Shown piece by piece: positions 38,801 through 53,314 of a DNA stretch of 64,000 nt. The notes under the pieces were generated by a model, which was not told where the DNA came from, made no database searches, and saw only the letters and a program-made list of their open reading frames with translations. The translations under genes were made by a program, and so were the position numbers. Source of the DNA: Octopus vulgaris (lineage: Eukaryota); the NCBI GenBank assembly GCA_951406725.2, contig OX597824.1, positions 66,030,001 through 66,094,000 on the forward strand. The letters are read 5' to 3'. The first letter of the stretch is position 1. Each line of letters starts with the position of its first letter.

Positions 38801-41800
38801 ATGCTGGGTCATTGCCTTGATGGCTTTTAGTTGAACAGGCTGACCCCAGTTTTTAGTTTCTTTTTCAAGTCTAGTACTTATTCTATTGATTCCTTTTGCC
38901 AAACAGCTAAATTATGGGGATATAAACAAACCAACATCAGTTGTCAAGTGGTGTGGGACACACACACACATACACACACACAATTGTCTTCCATGCAGTT
39001 TCTGTCAACCAAATTCACACACAAGGCATTGGTCAGTCTGGGGCTGTAGTAGAAGACACTTGTCCAAAGTGTCATGCAGTAGGACTTAACTCAAACTTGA
39101 GTCTACAATGCAGCCCTAAACTTACCAGTTTCCTGTTAAACTGTCCAACCCATGCCAACATGGAAAGCAGATGTCAAATGATGATGATAATATATATATA
39201 TATATATACGCGCATACACACACACATACACACACACATACACACACTATAAATAACACAATATTGGAATGAATTTTCTGAAGCTTAACATTATATATTT
39301 TTATTTAAATATTTAGAGTGCACCAGTGCTTTGCAGCACACAATTTGAGAACCACAGCAATAAACAGATAACCTAGTTGCAACAGTCTCCTTTCCAAATG
39401 GGCCAAAGTTTACAAGCCTTACTAGGTGCAATAGGAAAGTTAGATCACATTATTGCCTAAATCTAAACCTAATAAAGAATGTAGTTGCTAAATTATAAAT
39501 TTTTAGTTTAATAGTGGAAGTAATAATTTCTTACACAGATTAAATTTTTTTAAATTTCAAAAATATAATTTCTTACACAAATTAAATTTTTGAAAATTTC
39601 CCAAAACATGATTATATTTTCCAACTAAACAAGAAACTTATACAAGGTTACAGTGACACCCAATACAATGGCATCGCAAATTCTGCATAACAATGAAGAT
39701 AATATATAAGTGAATGAAGTGATAATAATTAATGAGCTGGATGAAGGAACCCTGATTGGACATTAATAAAGTAAAATGGTGTCTTACTTGAGGTTTCTGT
39801 GGAAGTGGCGGCAAAGTTTTTGGAGGAATTAACTGACATCCGTTATCAGTGGATATCTGGAGTGTGCCTTGCTTTAAATCATAAAGTGAGTGATAGATTT
39901 CTGTTTGCTTTGATTTCCTTGAATATTAAAAGAGCAGAAAAAACTTGATCTACTTTCTATTTGGTTAATTCTTAATCTTAACTTGAAACTCCAGAATTGT
40001 TAATTATTCAAACTTTGTAAAGAAATTATGTAAATCTTTGAACAGAAAGTGAAAGATATTTAATTCTATGAGTGAAAACAGATTTGATTTCACTGGAAAG
40101 TAATTTTATAAATAATCTGCACATTTGAAAGAAAATTTAACAGTGGATATAAAATTTTTTCTAGGTCTCCATCCCTTCTCTTAATGCTTGATTATAATAT
40201 ATGCAAACATTTTATGAGATCTAAGCAAATTCATGGGCCCATATATAAGTTGCAACCTTGTATCTTCCTCTCAGTTGGTCCTGTACTAAACTTTTGTTAA
40301 GTAGTTTTGGAGTTAACCCTCCTCCACATAGTTTTGGAGATCAAGAGGATCATTAACTCTATTGATCTCACTGGTTTGGGACAACCTGGGAAGATCATGG
40401 GCATGTTTTTTCCTTGAAACCAAATTCCTCAACAAATATCAGTCAGTAGGGTACAAGAAAATCTTGCAAGAGATCAATGGTTTGTGTCCTTTCATTGGAG
40501 CTGCATTTTATTCATGGCCAAGAGACTTAAATTTCAACAACCAAGTCCACCTAGCTTTATGTAGGTACTGTGAGTGATATAATTCACTTCTGTAACACCA
40601 CATCTTATCCAGAGTGAGTTTTGTCTCTTATCAGCTGTAACATTATATAAAAATACAGTTGAGTACTGGTCCTACCAGTTTGTAGTTTGGAAAGGATTAG
40701 TCTTAAATGGGACAATTTTTATCTTTGTTGAGACAAAATAGTAAAGTCAATATCATTGGTTACTGACTCATGGATCATATGTACATACCTGTTGGAGGCA
40801 TCTTGGCATGTTTCTTGACAATACACTTAATTTTACATACTTCAATCCACTTAAATGTGTAGAATAGGTAGCAAATCTTCTGAGAATGCTACATGAAATA
40901 ATTAATGTTGTACCTAGGACAAAATTTGTTTTCCTCCAGTTTACATTAGTGTATAGACATAAGCAGTTGCATTATGAAGCCTTGCAGAAATAAATGGTAG
41001 AGTGGATATGATAATGGATTACCAGCTCAAAAGTATTGAAATCAAATCCACAAAAGATATTTCAATGTATTTTGGAGTCCATACACCTAGTTCTGCATAC
41101 TTTACTTCAAATCATCAAACCTTTTGTAATTGGTATAGTATAATCTAGGAATGTTGCCTGAAATAAACTAGCCTTCCATCCAGGAGGAACTGTGTCTCTC
41201 ACTGGTTGAATACTATAAAAACAAAGTTAAACATAACCCCATTAACATTCTCTTGAAGGTTTAAGAAACATTTAAGTTTACATTGTTCTAAGATCCTGTA
41301 GATCTTAATAAAAAAAAAATTTTCTCTCTTTTCCTTACCTGCATGTTGTATTGATGTTGATTCCTGGGAAACTGTTTATGCCCTGTACACAGTTATATTG
41401 GAAAGCTTTCTGACCTGACATCATCTCTTTTAATTGACGAGCGATGATTTCTTCAATTTCTTTTGTTTCTTTTGCAAATTTATCAAGTTTAGCTCTGTAC
41501 ATGAAATGAACATTGCATTAGTCTTGGGAATTGAAGTAGGAAAAAAAGGGAACCTAATCTGGGAGTTGGTGGATAGGTTAATCTATTATTTCTTTTTTCT
41601 TCATAGGCACAGATGTGGCTGTGTGGTAAGAAGTTTGCTTCCAACCACATGGTTTTGAGTTTATTCTTGCTGATTAATGCCTTGTGAGTGAATTTGTTAT
41701 TTGGAAACTGAAAGAAACCTGCCATGTGAGTGTGTGTGTTGTGTGTATTTATCTACACACACACAAGCACATAAATACAAAACAAGGTAGAAAAGATAGT

Positions 41801-44800
41801 ACTTGATTACCAAAGTTAAATTTGAAATGTCTTCACAAACTGTTACTCAGAGTTTCACATGATTGTTCTTCAGTCAGTTGTGCTGATATTCTATCTCTGA
41901 GACTCTGAGCAACAGTTTGTGAAGATTTATATATATATATGGGGGTGTGCATATTTGTGTGTGTGTGTGTGTTATTGTCTCTGCCTTGACATCATGTGAT
42001 AGTTTTAAGTGAGTGTACTTATCACGTAAGTGGTATCTTTTATTTCCAATCTTCCAGAACATGTTTGGCTATTGGAAACACATGAAGACTGGTGATAAAA
42101 AGGGCATCAAGCTATAAAGAGTCCAGCTCAACAAATTGTGTCTGACCTATGCAAGCATGGAAAAGTGGATGTTAAAATGATGATGATGATGACTTTTAAC
42201 CAGACAAATCTCCAGGGTCATATATTCCAGGTGTGTTAGGTGTGTGCTGCACACCCATCAAAAATGGCAAATTCATTATAAATATTAACCTTACTCATTA
42301 ATTTAATTACAAATCTTAATGGAAAACTTTTGTTATACTCCTGCTTGAAATTTGGTGACATTAGGTGTGGCAGCACACTCAATACAACAACCATCATATA
42401 CCACTGCAAATCTCCCTTAAATCACACTATAGCTCTCTTAAGAACTAGGTCACATTTGACAATGAAGTCTTAGATACACATTATAGCAGACAAAAAAGGA
42501 TGGGATGGTCACATTTAGAATGTCTATGACATTGTTTTCAGTTACACTCTCTTTCATTTCTCTCTTTGCTCTCTTCTTTTGCTTTCTATTCTATTTCCTT
42601 TCATTTTTTTTTCTACTGTTATCGTGGGGAAGCAGCACTTTAGTGTAACCACATGGTTGTGTGGTTAAGAATCTTGCTTTGCAGCCATGTGGCTTCAAGT
42701 ACAGTATAAAATGATAGGAAACTAAATATGATCCAACAATGCTATCAAATCCACTCACCTGATGATGTGCCAGATCATATTTATTTATGTAATTATTTGT
42801 ATAATATTTTAAGTAATAATATGATATGGAAAACTCAGCTACTAACAATTGTTACCATTGCACAGACACAGCTGTTGTGATTTGTGATTATAGCCTGTTC
42901 ATTCCATCTTGTTTTATAAATTAATGTATATATATACATATCAAGAAATCCTCTTGCGAGCGTGACCTAGGCATCACTGTCAGCAGTGATTTGCGTTGGT
43001 CAAAGCATATCTCTAAGATTGTCAGGAAGGCCGAGGGTGTCTTGGCATCACTCAGCAGGTCTTTTGTTAGCCGCTCTCCAGCCATCTATTTAAAACTGTA
43101 TACAGCTATGGTACGACCACACTTGGAATTCGCATCATCAGTTTGGAACCCCTATCTTGCACAGAACATTGACCTCCTGGAATCTGTCCAGAGACGTGCA
43201 ACCAAACGCATACCCTCCATCAGACACCTACCATATTCTGAGCGCCTTGTTTCCCTGGGCATGGATTCACTGAAGCTCCGGCGTTTGGCGACGGACTTGG
43301 TAAACACCCACAAAGTTATCAACCACCTCACCAACAACAACACTGAACACCTTTTTGATCTCCATGTGTCTAACACACGTGGACATGCCTACAAAGTCAG
43401 AAAACAATACAGCTCCCATGACTTTCGGAAACATTTTTTCACGCTCAGAGTTGCTGAAGCATGGAATAAACTGCCTGCGTCAGTTGTTGACTGCCATGAC
43501 ACTGCATCTTTTAAGGCCCTCATGCTTTCCGAAATCCGCCGAAACTACACCTGATTATATATACACTTTAGATGAGTTGTAGTGCACCTGAACACTGTAC
43601 ACAATTATTATTATTATTATTATTATATATAGTAGACTACCCATGACCCGTTAGGTCACCAAGAAAGTCTAGGTTTAGGTTTTCCAGCAACAGGGTTTTG
43701 TTTTGTGGGTTCTTTTTTCTTTTTCATGTTATTTCGCATATTTTCAATGAATGTGACATAGAAGTCACACACAAACAGCTCGTTTCCCCAGAAAAGGGAA
43801 GATGCTATTTCTTGCATGCCCTGCTACCACATAACAGGTATTTCGGGTCCTTTATTGCAAATAGCTGTTACATGGTGGCAGGGGGCATGCTAGGAATAGC
43901 AACATATTCCCCTCTCATATTCACACTCTTATTGCAGTGGTCCGTCATTTTTTTCTAAGCCATGTAAAGGAATTCAGAAGATTGGGCCTCCTACCAGGCC
44001 TTTTGCAATAACCTTAACATCAGGAACTTTTCACCACTCCCTTGTGGTAATGTTCGTGTGTGTGTGCGCATACACATATACTCACATACATTTGTGTGTG
44101 TGTGTGTGTGTGTATACATATATGTGTGTGTGTCTGTGTGTTGTCCTTGTCACCACTTGACAATCAATGGCAATTTGTTTACATCCCTGTAACTTTGTTT
44201 GCAGTTTAGCAAAGTAGACTAACAGAATAAATAAATAACAGGCTTAAAGAAATAAGTACTGAGGTTAAGTTGTTTGACTAAACCCTTTGTGGGAGATTTA
44301 TCAGAACATGAAAACCAAGCTGTATACTAAAATTATTAGGCCAAGGTTTTGAAACTTCAAGGCAATTTGATTGGCATGACAATTTTGAATACTGAATTGC
44401 AGTTAACAAAATGCATTTAGAAATATCCATTTCTTACTTTTAAATGGGCCAGTAATGTGAAGTACCATTGATACTATTTGGTTGAGGTTGATGGAAATAC
44501 TAGATATTAAGTGGACTAGGACCTTGAACTTGATTTGATGAATGCAATTGGATGATTACTTTTCATAGTTGTTAAAACTGACTGTTTGGTAGCAGCTATC
44601 ACCCGCAGTCTATTTCCTGAGTGGGAGACAAGGTGTTGCTTAACTCCAAGTGAGCCTTAAACCAGTGGTTTTATGATCAAGGACATTCCAGCTATGATTA
44701 TTCCATTTTATTTTCAGGAATACTGTTTAGAGGACAATATTATCCAATGTCCCCTTCCAATGAGAGAGATTTGGCTGCACTTTAGAGAGTGCATTAAAAA

Positions 44801-47800
44801 ATGCTATTGAGTTAAGCAGCTTTGTATGCATTCACTGCATGCAGTACAAGGGGATGCTGTAAAGTCTCTGGATCTCAGTAAAAGAAAATATAGGAAGATC
44901 AGTTATGATTTTATTCAACATATTTCCCTTTCAGATTCACACACTTTTGCAGCAGTCCTTCACTTTTTCTAAGCCTTGTAAAAAAAAACTTGGAAGGCTG
45001 GGCTTCCTACTAGGCCTTATGTGATACCCTTAAAGCTAGAAACTTTTCAGCACCCCCTCATATGACTCATCATAGTAGAGGTGTGCACATGAACCTAAGC
45101 ACTTAGAAATAGCAACCTTGATATCTGATTCTCTATTCCCTTTAAGGTGAACAAAATTTTATTGATTTCACAGAAAAAGATACCCCTCTTGCCTCCAGTG
45201 TACACTCATTGGACCTTTATTGCATCTTTAGTGCCTTTTTTATTGTTATTTTGCAGTATTTCTGGAATACCACTACTGTGCACCAATTGAGTGCCTACAT
45301 TACAGTTATTGTTTATCTATTGCATTTTTTCTCTGGCATTGTTGCATCTCTGTTGCATTTCTGTTATATTTTCTTTGTACTTCTTTTCCTCCCGGTACAA
45401 TGTATTATCACTCCACTCACTCCACTACCACTTTGCCTCTATTATAACTCTAGGGTGTCTCTATTTACCTTTATTCATCTGTCTATCTGCCTTGGTCTGT
45501 CTGTCTGTCTCTCCCCGCTCTCTCTCTTTCTCTCTCTCTCTCTAGATAACAAAACACTCAATGACCATACTTACAAGACTATTTCATTTTTGCGACAAAC
45601 ATTTTCTAGGTAACACTTCCTCTTGTAGTAGTCAAATTTTTTCTTGCGACTCTGGTAACCTCTCCATGTCTTCTGAATCTGAAGAATGAAAAGATTTCAT
45701 CAATTTCTCATTAACCTTTTATCTCAATGGTGTAAGGGTAAACCAGTTTCCACCAGCCACTAAGAGTGAACTTAAACTTAGTGAATTTATTGCTACTTAA
45801 AAGTTTTCACCCTTCTAAACATTTCTAAATCTACATCTCAGAATCTTTTTAGGCCTTCCTCTCATGCTGATGAAAATGAGATTAATACAACCAATGAATG
45901 TTCAACCTGAATGTCTGCTGTTTGATGTCTGCAGGGTAAAAAGACATTGAGGGAACCAAGGTTCTGGTTCAGATGATTGCAGCATAGTGAACTTGTCTAA
46001 CTGCATCTAAAAGCCAAGGAGTGATGCTTAACAGGGCTGTGTGATAGGCTTATCATCCTAAGACTCATATTTGAAATTGGGGTGGGATGCAAATAGCTTG
46101 TAGTCAGTTTATAGAATTGATTCCAGTTTATTACTGGGCATAAGCACCTTACAGTAGAAAGTGAGCTTGTAGTTACTCTAGCCCTGCGTTTCTCATGTAT
46201 GCCAGGGGAAAATTTGACTGGGGTGAGTTGTGAGGATTCAAAAGTCATCATCATCATTTAATGTCTGCTTTCCATGCTGGCATGGCTTGGATAGTTTGAC
46301 AGGAAACCAGTGAGCTGTAGGGTTATGTCAAGCTCCAGTGTCATTTTTGGCATGGTTCCTGTGGCTGGATGTGCCAACCACATTAAAGAGTATGCTTTTT
46401 TCTTGTCACTGGCACTAGTGAGGTTGTCATGTAACTAGTAAGGCAAAAAAGAACAGGGGAAAAAAGGAAGGGAGAAAACTCCCACTACTAAGCAGAAGTA
46501 TTTTGGAGGGGAAGGTGGAGGTGAGTGGTTGTATCCCAGGTGTTGAAAGGCTAAAGTATGATAGAGAGACAAGTACAGGTGTCTTGCTACAGAGGCGATA
46601 CATGACTGAGGGAGATAAAAGGAAGGTAGTGATAGGATGCCAGAGCAAATTCCTAAGGTACAAGAAGGTGAGTATAAAAGATGACATGGACAGTGGAGTA
46701 ACGGGATGATGAAAGAATGGATGCTTTCATAAGAGTATGGGAGGTGGGGAGAGTAAACAGGTAGAGGTGGAAGTTAATGTAGTGAGTGATGAACTAGGGT
46801 GGGATGCAGATGATGGGAAATACCTGTATGTAGAGTGGTAAGACAGGAAAATAGGAGTGACTGAGGAAGGAGAATAGAACAGAAAGTTGTGGGATGATGT
46901 GCAAGGTGTAGGAACAGTGGGAAGGGAAATATAGAGATACATAAAGGGTACAGTAGGTGGGTCATGATAGTAGACATGAGAGGATATTGAAAATGATAGT
47001 AGATAAGTTAGGATGTTTAGAATGGAGCATAGCAGAGATGGGAGAAAGAAAGCAGTGGCTGAAGGCACAGAAAAGAGATGATTGGCAGAAATAGTGTGGG
47101 CAGGGATGATGAGGAATGGAAATAGTTCTGGGTGGGTGGGGGCCTGTTAGGGAGCCAATGGGATAAATTTTCATGAAAGAATTTACTGAGATGTGAATTT
47201 AGTGAAGTAGTTAAACAGAGCATATGATGGTCAGTGTGTGTGTGTGTGTGTGCATGTGCGCGCATGTGTGTGTGTGTACACATGCAAGGGTGCATGTGCA
47301 TGCTCAGTTGAGTTGTATGAGTGTGTGTGTAGCTGGCTAAGTTTACATAAAGTTTGGTGTGTAGAAGTTAAATTAGCACTTACCTTAGTAGCCATTGCTA
47401 TGTAATGTTCAATGCACATTTTCAGGAAAAAATCCTGTAAAAGTTGAAATGTTGGAAAAGTGAAACTTTACTCATTATTTTCGTCATTATAATCACATAT
47501 TGTCATCAACATCACTGCAACATATATTGACTGTCCATATTCAACAAAGCCTTAGAATAATCTAGAATAATGTATTAAAATTTCTTACTTTTTATAATGT
47601 TAGATCATTCATTAATGCAAATTAGAATTTGTCATACAATTTTATTTTTACTGAGTTTAAATGATTAAATCTAATGATTTTCTTCCTCATTTTAGTTGTA
47701 ATTTTAATTAATAAATTTTTTTTATTATCTACATTTATCATTCAACATATGATAGCCTCAATTTAACTGGGGGTTTTTTCATGCAGAAGACGTCCCTAGG

Positions 47801-50800
47801 TAACCTGTCCTCATCACAGTCACTGCTTTAAGTTGTCATGCCTATCAACGTTAATTTACTCAGCCGTTATCTAGGGTCTGGCAGTATTGATAAAGTCTAT
47901 GCTTTGCTGAAGAGCTCTAATAAGACTAAAACATGTCAGCAGTTGTCACTGTATTTGCTGAAGATTACACTCACTCCCCACTGCATACTTCAATTCTTTC
48001 TACTAAATCCTCCCACAATGCTTTAATCAGTGAAAGCAGAAGACAGAAGATACTTGTCTAAAATGCTTCTAACATGGGAGGCAAACTTTTTAACCACACA
48101 GCCATATATCATCATCATCATTTAATGTCCATTTTTCTCTGCTTGCATGGATCAGAAGGAATTACTTAGGGGTACATTTTCTACAGCTGGATGCCTTTCC
48201 TGTTGCCAGCCCTCAACTTTTTCCAAGCAAGGCAATATTCCCCGTGACCAGACATATTTTCACAGAAGATTGGAAATGAAAGATACTGCTGTGACTTTTG
48301 TTCACAACTATCACATGAAATCAAGGTAAGGAGACTGTAACATATACACCCATATATACATGTATGCATGAATGCATGCATACATAAATACGCTTCTTTC
48401 AGTTTCAATCTACCAGATTTACTCACAAGGCTTTGGTTGGCCAAAGGCTAGAGAAAGAGATGCTTGCCCAAAGTGCCACTCAGTGGGACTGAACTGGAGA
48501 ATCTGTGGTTAGAAAGTAGACTTGCACCTTTCATCATCATCATCTTCTGTTAATTTTAAAGGTTCTTTCAATTATATTAGATCATTATGATGTAATATAA
48601 TTATATTGTGAAACGCAAAACAGATTAACTTGTAATAAGTAAAGTAAACATTAACCTACTTAATGTGGTGAATATGATAATTTTGATATATTAAGACTAG
48701 TATTATGAAGAATTGTCGATCAAAAGTTAAGAATATCAAACTAATGCAAGGGAGACAACTCCAAATCGGAACTAATATTTTGGTGTTAAATTTAAATGTT
48801 CTGATGCATCCAGCAACGGGAAGAACAGTTTGGTATTTGATATAGTGACAATGCTACATACATTTTGGTCTTATTAAAACCTCTACAGTGAAGCCTAGTC
48901 ATTTACGTGTCTGTTAAATCAACACAGAGTAAATACATATTCTAGTATGACAACAAAATCTCATGGGAAAAATCCAGGGATATCATTTGTATGGAAGATA
49001 AATGCTAAAATCAGCAGTAACACACAATAAGTAGTACTTATTGTGATAAGTACTATTAACTTTAATCAAAACTTAACTCATCAATAAGAAGTAAACATGA
49101 TTGAACTACGATTCACTCAACCTGACGCAAGGGAGATAACTCAAAATAAAAGCAATATTACTTTAAAAACGAGTTGAAGAACCACTAGATTTTTTCCTAA
49201 TAATTAAAGTAGGACAATGGTAATGTGGATCTACATATAGTTGCATGACAAAAACCAAATGGGGGTACTAATTCCCATAATCCACTTGATCCTTGTAACA
49301 CCAATGTAAGACTTCTTCAGCAAATTTTTAGAGAATGTTTTGCATTATCAACTCTGTTCACACTATACCCAAATTAGGATTTGAATTAAATCTACAAATC
49401 TACTTAGGTTTAATTAATTGTTTAAGGCAATGAACTGTATTATTCATGGTACCTATTTACAGATGGATTATGTAATTTAAGATATGAGTATCTTGGGGAT
49501 GGATACACAATGATGTACTGGGATGTTAAATAAATTCCCTTTAGAGAGCAGTTCTCTATTCTGTCATGACTAAGTTGTCTCTCTCTCTCTGAAATTATAT
49601 AGAAAATGCCAGAAAAAGTATTGTAGGAATATATTTACCCAGGTGGATTTTTGGTAGTAAATACGTGCCATGTAGCCTTTCCAGTGTTTTTGTATGGTGA
49701 TTGCTGCATTGTTCATGAATCTTGATAGTCAGCAGAAAAAAACAAAAGGAAGATAGCAAAAGAGATATCTTGTTAAATAAATAGTAAATTAAGAAGACTT
49801 TTACAATTCTCAACATTTTTTTAGTCTTTCCCAGTCAGTATCACACTAATAGATACATAGAGTTGTTTTGTCTTTTTTTCTTTTTTTTTTTTTTTTGCTT
49901 GGAGGAAATAGAGATAGATTCTACAAAGGTGAATGTTTTTTGGACATAGTACTGTGATGTAGTCTAAAATAACAATAGCATCTTGTACATCAAAATAGTG
50001 ACAGAAAATTGACACAAGTGTGGCACCTTAGAAGAGAGCGAGTTGCAATAATAGTAGAGGAAAAACAGAGAATACAACATAATAGATGTTACTGTGTGTG
50101 TGTGAGAGAGAGAGAGAAAGAGAGAGAGAGAAGTGGGGTATTTTAATTATATTTTACAGCTTAGTCAAGACAAGGCTAGTGCTTTATGGCCTTTTTCTGG
50201 GCTTCCAAAACTTATGTCAGGAAAGGAGGAATTTATCCTTGGAGTGGAGATACGGCTCATCTGCTATCAACAAGGTGTACTCTACTGAAGGCACTTGACA
50301 GCCAGGTCATGGTGTTTAACCAGCAACAGATTAAATCTATCATACAAAAATAGGAACAGTCCTTCTGACAGGCCTCCACATAGTTTCTGTCACCCAAATT
50401 TCACTCCCAAGACTCTGTGTAAGATGCCATACAGTGGGATTGAGCCCCAAACCATGTGGTTAACAAGTGAACTTCTCAAACACAACACCATTCCTCAGAA
50501 TAGGAGGAACTTGATTAAAAAAAAGTTAACAAGAAAGACAGAGTCTGAAGAAAGAATTCTCCACTTACCTAAGATAAAATCTTGATCTTGCACCACGATA
50601 CCATGACTGGATTTTAACACTAGCAGAATATTCATAATTACGGTGTTTTTCTGCTTCACTGAATAAGAGATAGAGGAAGAGAGAGAAGAAAAATAATTAT
50701 AGTGCTCAGTATGATGGTTGTTGTTGAATAATTGCAGTCATCTCAGTGTAAATCTGATAGAAGTAGCTGATTAGATAATTGACTGAATCATTTGAACATC

Positions 50801-53278
50801 AAACAAAATGTCTAGCACTCTGTAATTATAGCACTTTATGTTCTGAGTTCAAATCTTGCCATGGTCAACTTTGCCTTTTGTCCCTTGTGGGTTTGGATAA
50901 AATAAAAAAGCTGCTAATACTGGTGATTGATTTAATGCTCGTATAACGTATCCTAAGTGTGAATGAAATTATAGAACATCTTTCATAGACATTTTTAAGT
51001 AAGAACACATGCACAAACATACATAAACAAAAAATTTAACTGGAACCAGGCAGCAGTATCCAGAAACATGAGAGGAGGAGCAGTGAACATCATGGAAGCT
51101 CCCTCATGAGAAGACATAGATTCCTTCTGGAGGAAAATCTGGAATGAAGAGAAAGTGTTTAACTAAGATGCTCTCTGGCTGGAAGAAATCCAAAGTTATT
51201 GCTCCTACGTTACACCCAAGACACAACATTGATGATGAAACTCTTGCAACTGTGATCCAGAAACTCCAGGATGGAAAAGCACCTGGAAGAAACTTAATTG
51301 TTGAATATTAGTACAAGAAGCTAAAATTCTACTGACCATATTTTATCAACCAGTACCAGCAAGTTCTCATTGGAAACAGTAGCATACCACACTGGTTAGC
51401 TCTGGCAGAGACAAAATTGATCCCCAAATGCAGAGCCTCCCACATGGCAAAAACTACCCTAACCCTAATTGAATGCCAGAACTTAATGTATAGGATATAT
51501 ACAGCATGCTTAAACCTCTTCCTTCAGGGCCATAGTGAAACCAATAACATCATCACAGCAGAACAAGTAGCTGGGAAGAAAGGGAGTCTGGAGATGTGCC
51601 AAGCAATTGTGAATAAACAAAACTGTGATGTCAGAGGTGTCAGAGCATAGGAGGAACCTAGTTTCAATGTAGCTAGACAACAAGAAAGCCTTTGATTCTG
51701 TTCCCAACTCACAGATGCCAGAAGCCCTTCAACTTGCTAAAGTTCCAGTGGACTTAGTCAAAGCCATAACTGACCTGACTTCATCGTTGGCCACCATCTT
51801 GAAATTAAACACAAAGAGTGACTGTATTATTACGGATAGAAAACAGTATCACAAAGACATATTCCAAAGGGACAGCCTCTCTGTGATGTTGTTTGTACTT
51901 TCTGTAAACCTCTTGTCATTCATATTATGGAAGCCTGAAGGATATCTCACAGGTTCATAAAGAAACAGAAATACCAAAATTACACACTGTTTCTTTGTGG
52001 ATGACTTGAAACTTTATACAAAGAATATGCATGAGATGAAAAAGAGCCTTGATCTAAGTAAAACATTCTCAAAGGATGTACGGTTGGAGTTTGGTCAGGA
52101 TAAATGTTGTTATATAGTTATAAAAAGGGGGAAAACTATAAACCAGGCTATTAATACCTCCATCAATGATTTGACTGTTTCCCCTAAATCTGATGAGGAA
52201 TGTTACAGGTATCTGGGAGTGGATAGAAGCATATCTTACAATGGCACCAGTAACAAAACACATGTCACTAAAGAATATTACAGTCAAATAAAGAAAATTT
52301 GGACATCAGAACTCTCTGTATTCAATAAAACAGTGGCCCACAGTGTGTTTGCAGTGCCAGTACTCATACCAGCATTTGGGCTGCTTGATGAGATCTGAAC
52401 CATTGATGTGAAACCCCGAGAAATACTAATTGCATTTGCAGTTCAGGAACAAGAAATATAAACCAAGTACCTGATGCGCAAAAGGGTTAGAGAATCAGGA
52501 AAAGCAGTAAAATGTGACAACAGATGCAAACTTTGTGGAGTTAATGCCAAAGACATCACCCACATCATAAGCAGTTGTCCGAAAATGTCATCATGATATT
52601 ATCTACCAACAAGACATGATGTTGTAGCTAGGACACTCTGTAATGAAATCTGTTGGAAGGATAAACCTGAGGATAAAGAAATAAGAAGCCACAGCATGGT
52701 AGAAGCCATAGCCCACTCATAATAAAAGCACAACAGACCTAATATAATGATTTGGGATAGAGAAGAGAAACTGTGCATTATTGTGGAAATTAGCTGCCCA
52801 GCGGATGTTAACATAAAACTGAAGATCAATGACAAAGAGAATACCTACGCTGAATCACTGAGAAATCTGCAGTTATCCAGATTACAAGTTCAGGTTTATA
52901 CCTGTAATTATTGGAGATCTGGGATATGTAACACACTGCCTAAACATCAATCTTGAGAAATTAGGCTTCGCAAAACCAGAAAGGAGAAAGCTAATTGGAA
53001 GACCACAGATCCAATCCATCACTGGAACTGAAAAAATCTGTAAAGCTTTCCAAAAGTTTATCATTTCAATATATATGAGCATGTCTTGATATGCAAGTAT
53101 ATGCATGAGAATACATGTATAAAGCAAAGCATACAAATCTGCATGCATACATACAAACAAACAAAAATACCCTGTTGTTGATGTTGAAATTCCAATGAAG
53201 GAGTCTTGAATCTAGGTTAGAAACCGGCTCTTTCTCTATTGGTAAGAAAGTTTGAAATAAAACTGAACACTGACATAC

Positions 53279-53314
<36 letters not shown>

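Noticed and set aside
42938-43626. CR1 pair as a relic of the gene duplication
   Set aside because: The inserts are in non-equivalent introns and nearly identical, so they are far younger than the paralog split.
44000-47400. Short ORFs such as 45209-45613 and 46727-47068
   Set aside because: Low-complexity or microsatellite-derived translations with no motifs or splice support; the same applies to most ORF-track entries.
53185-53240. Hammerhead ribozyme in the R4/Dong 3' UTR (CCAATGA...GAAAC)
   Set aside because: The core has two mismatches and stems I and III do not pair convincingly.
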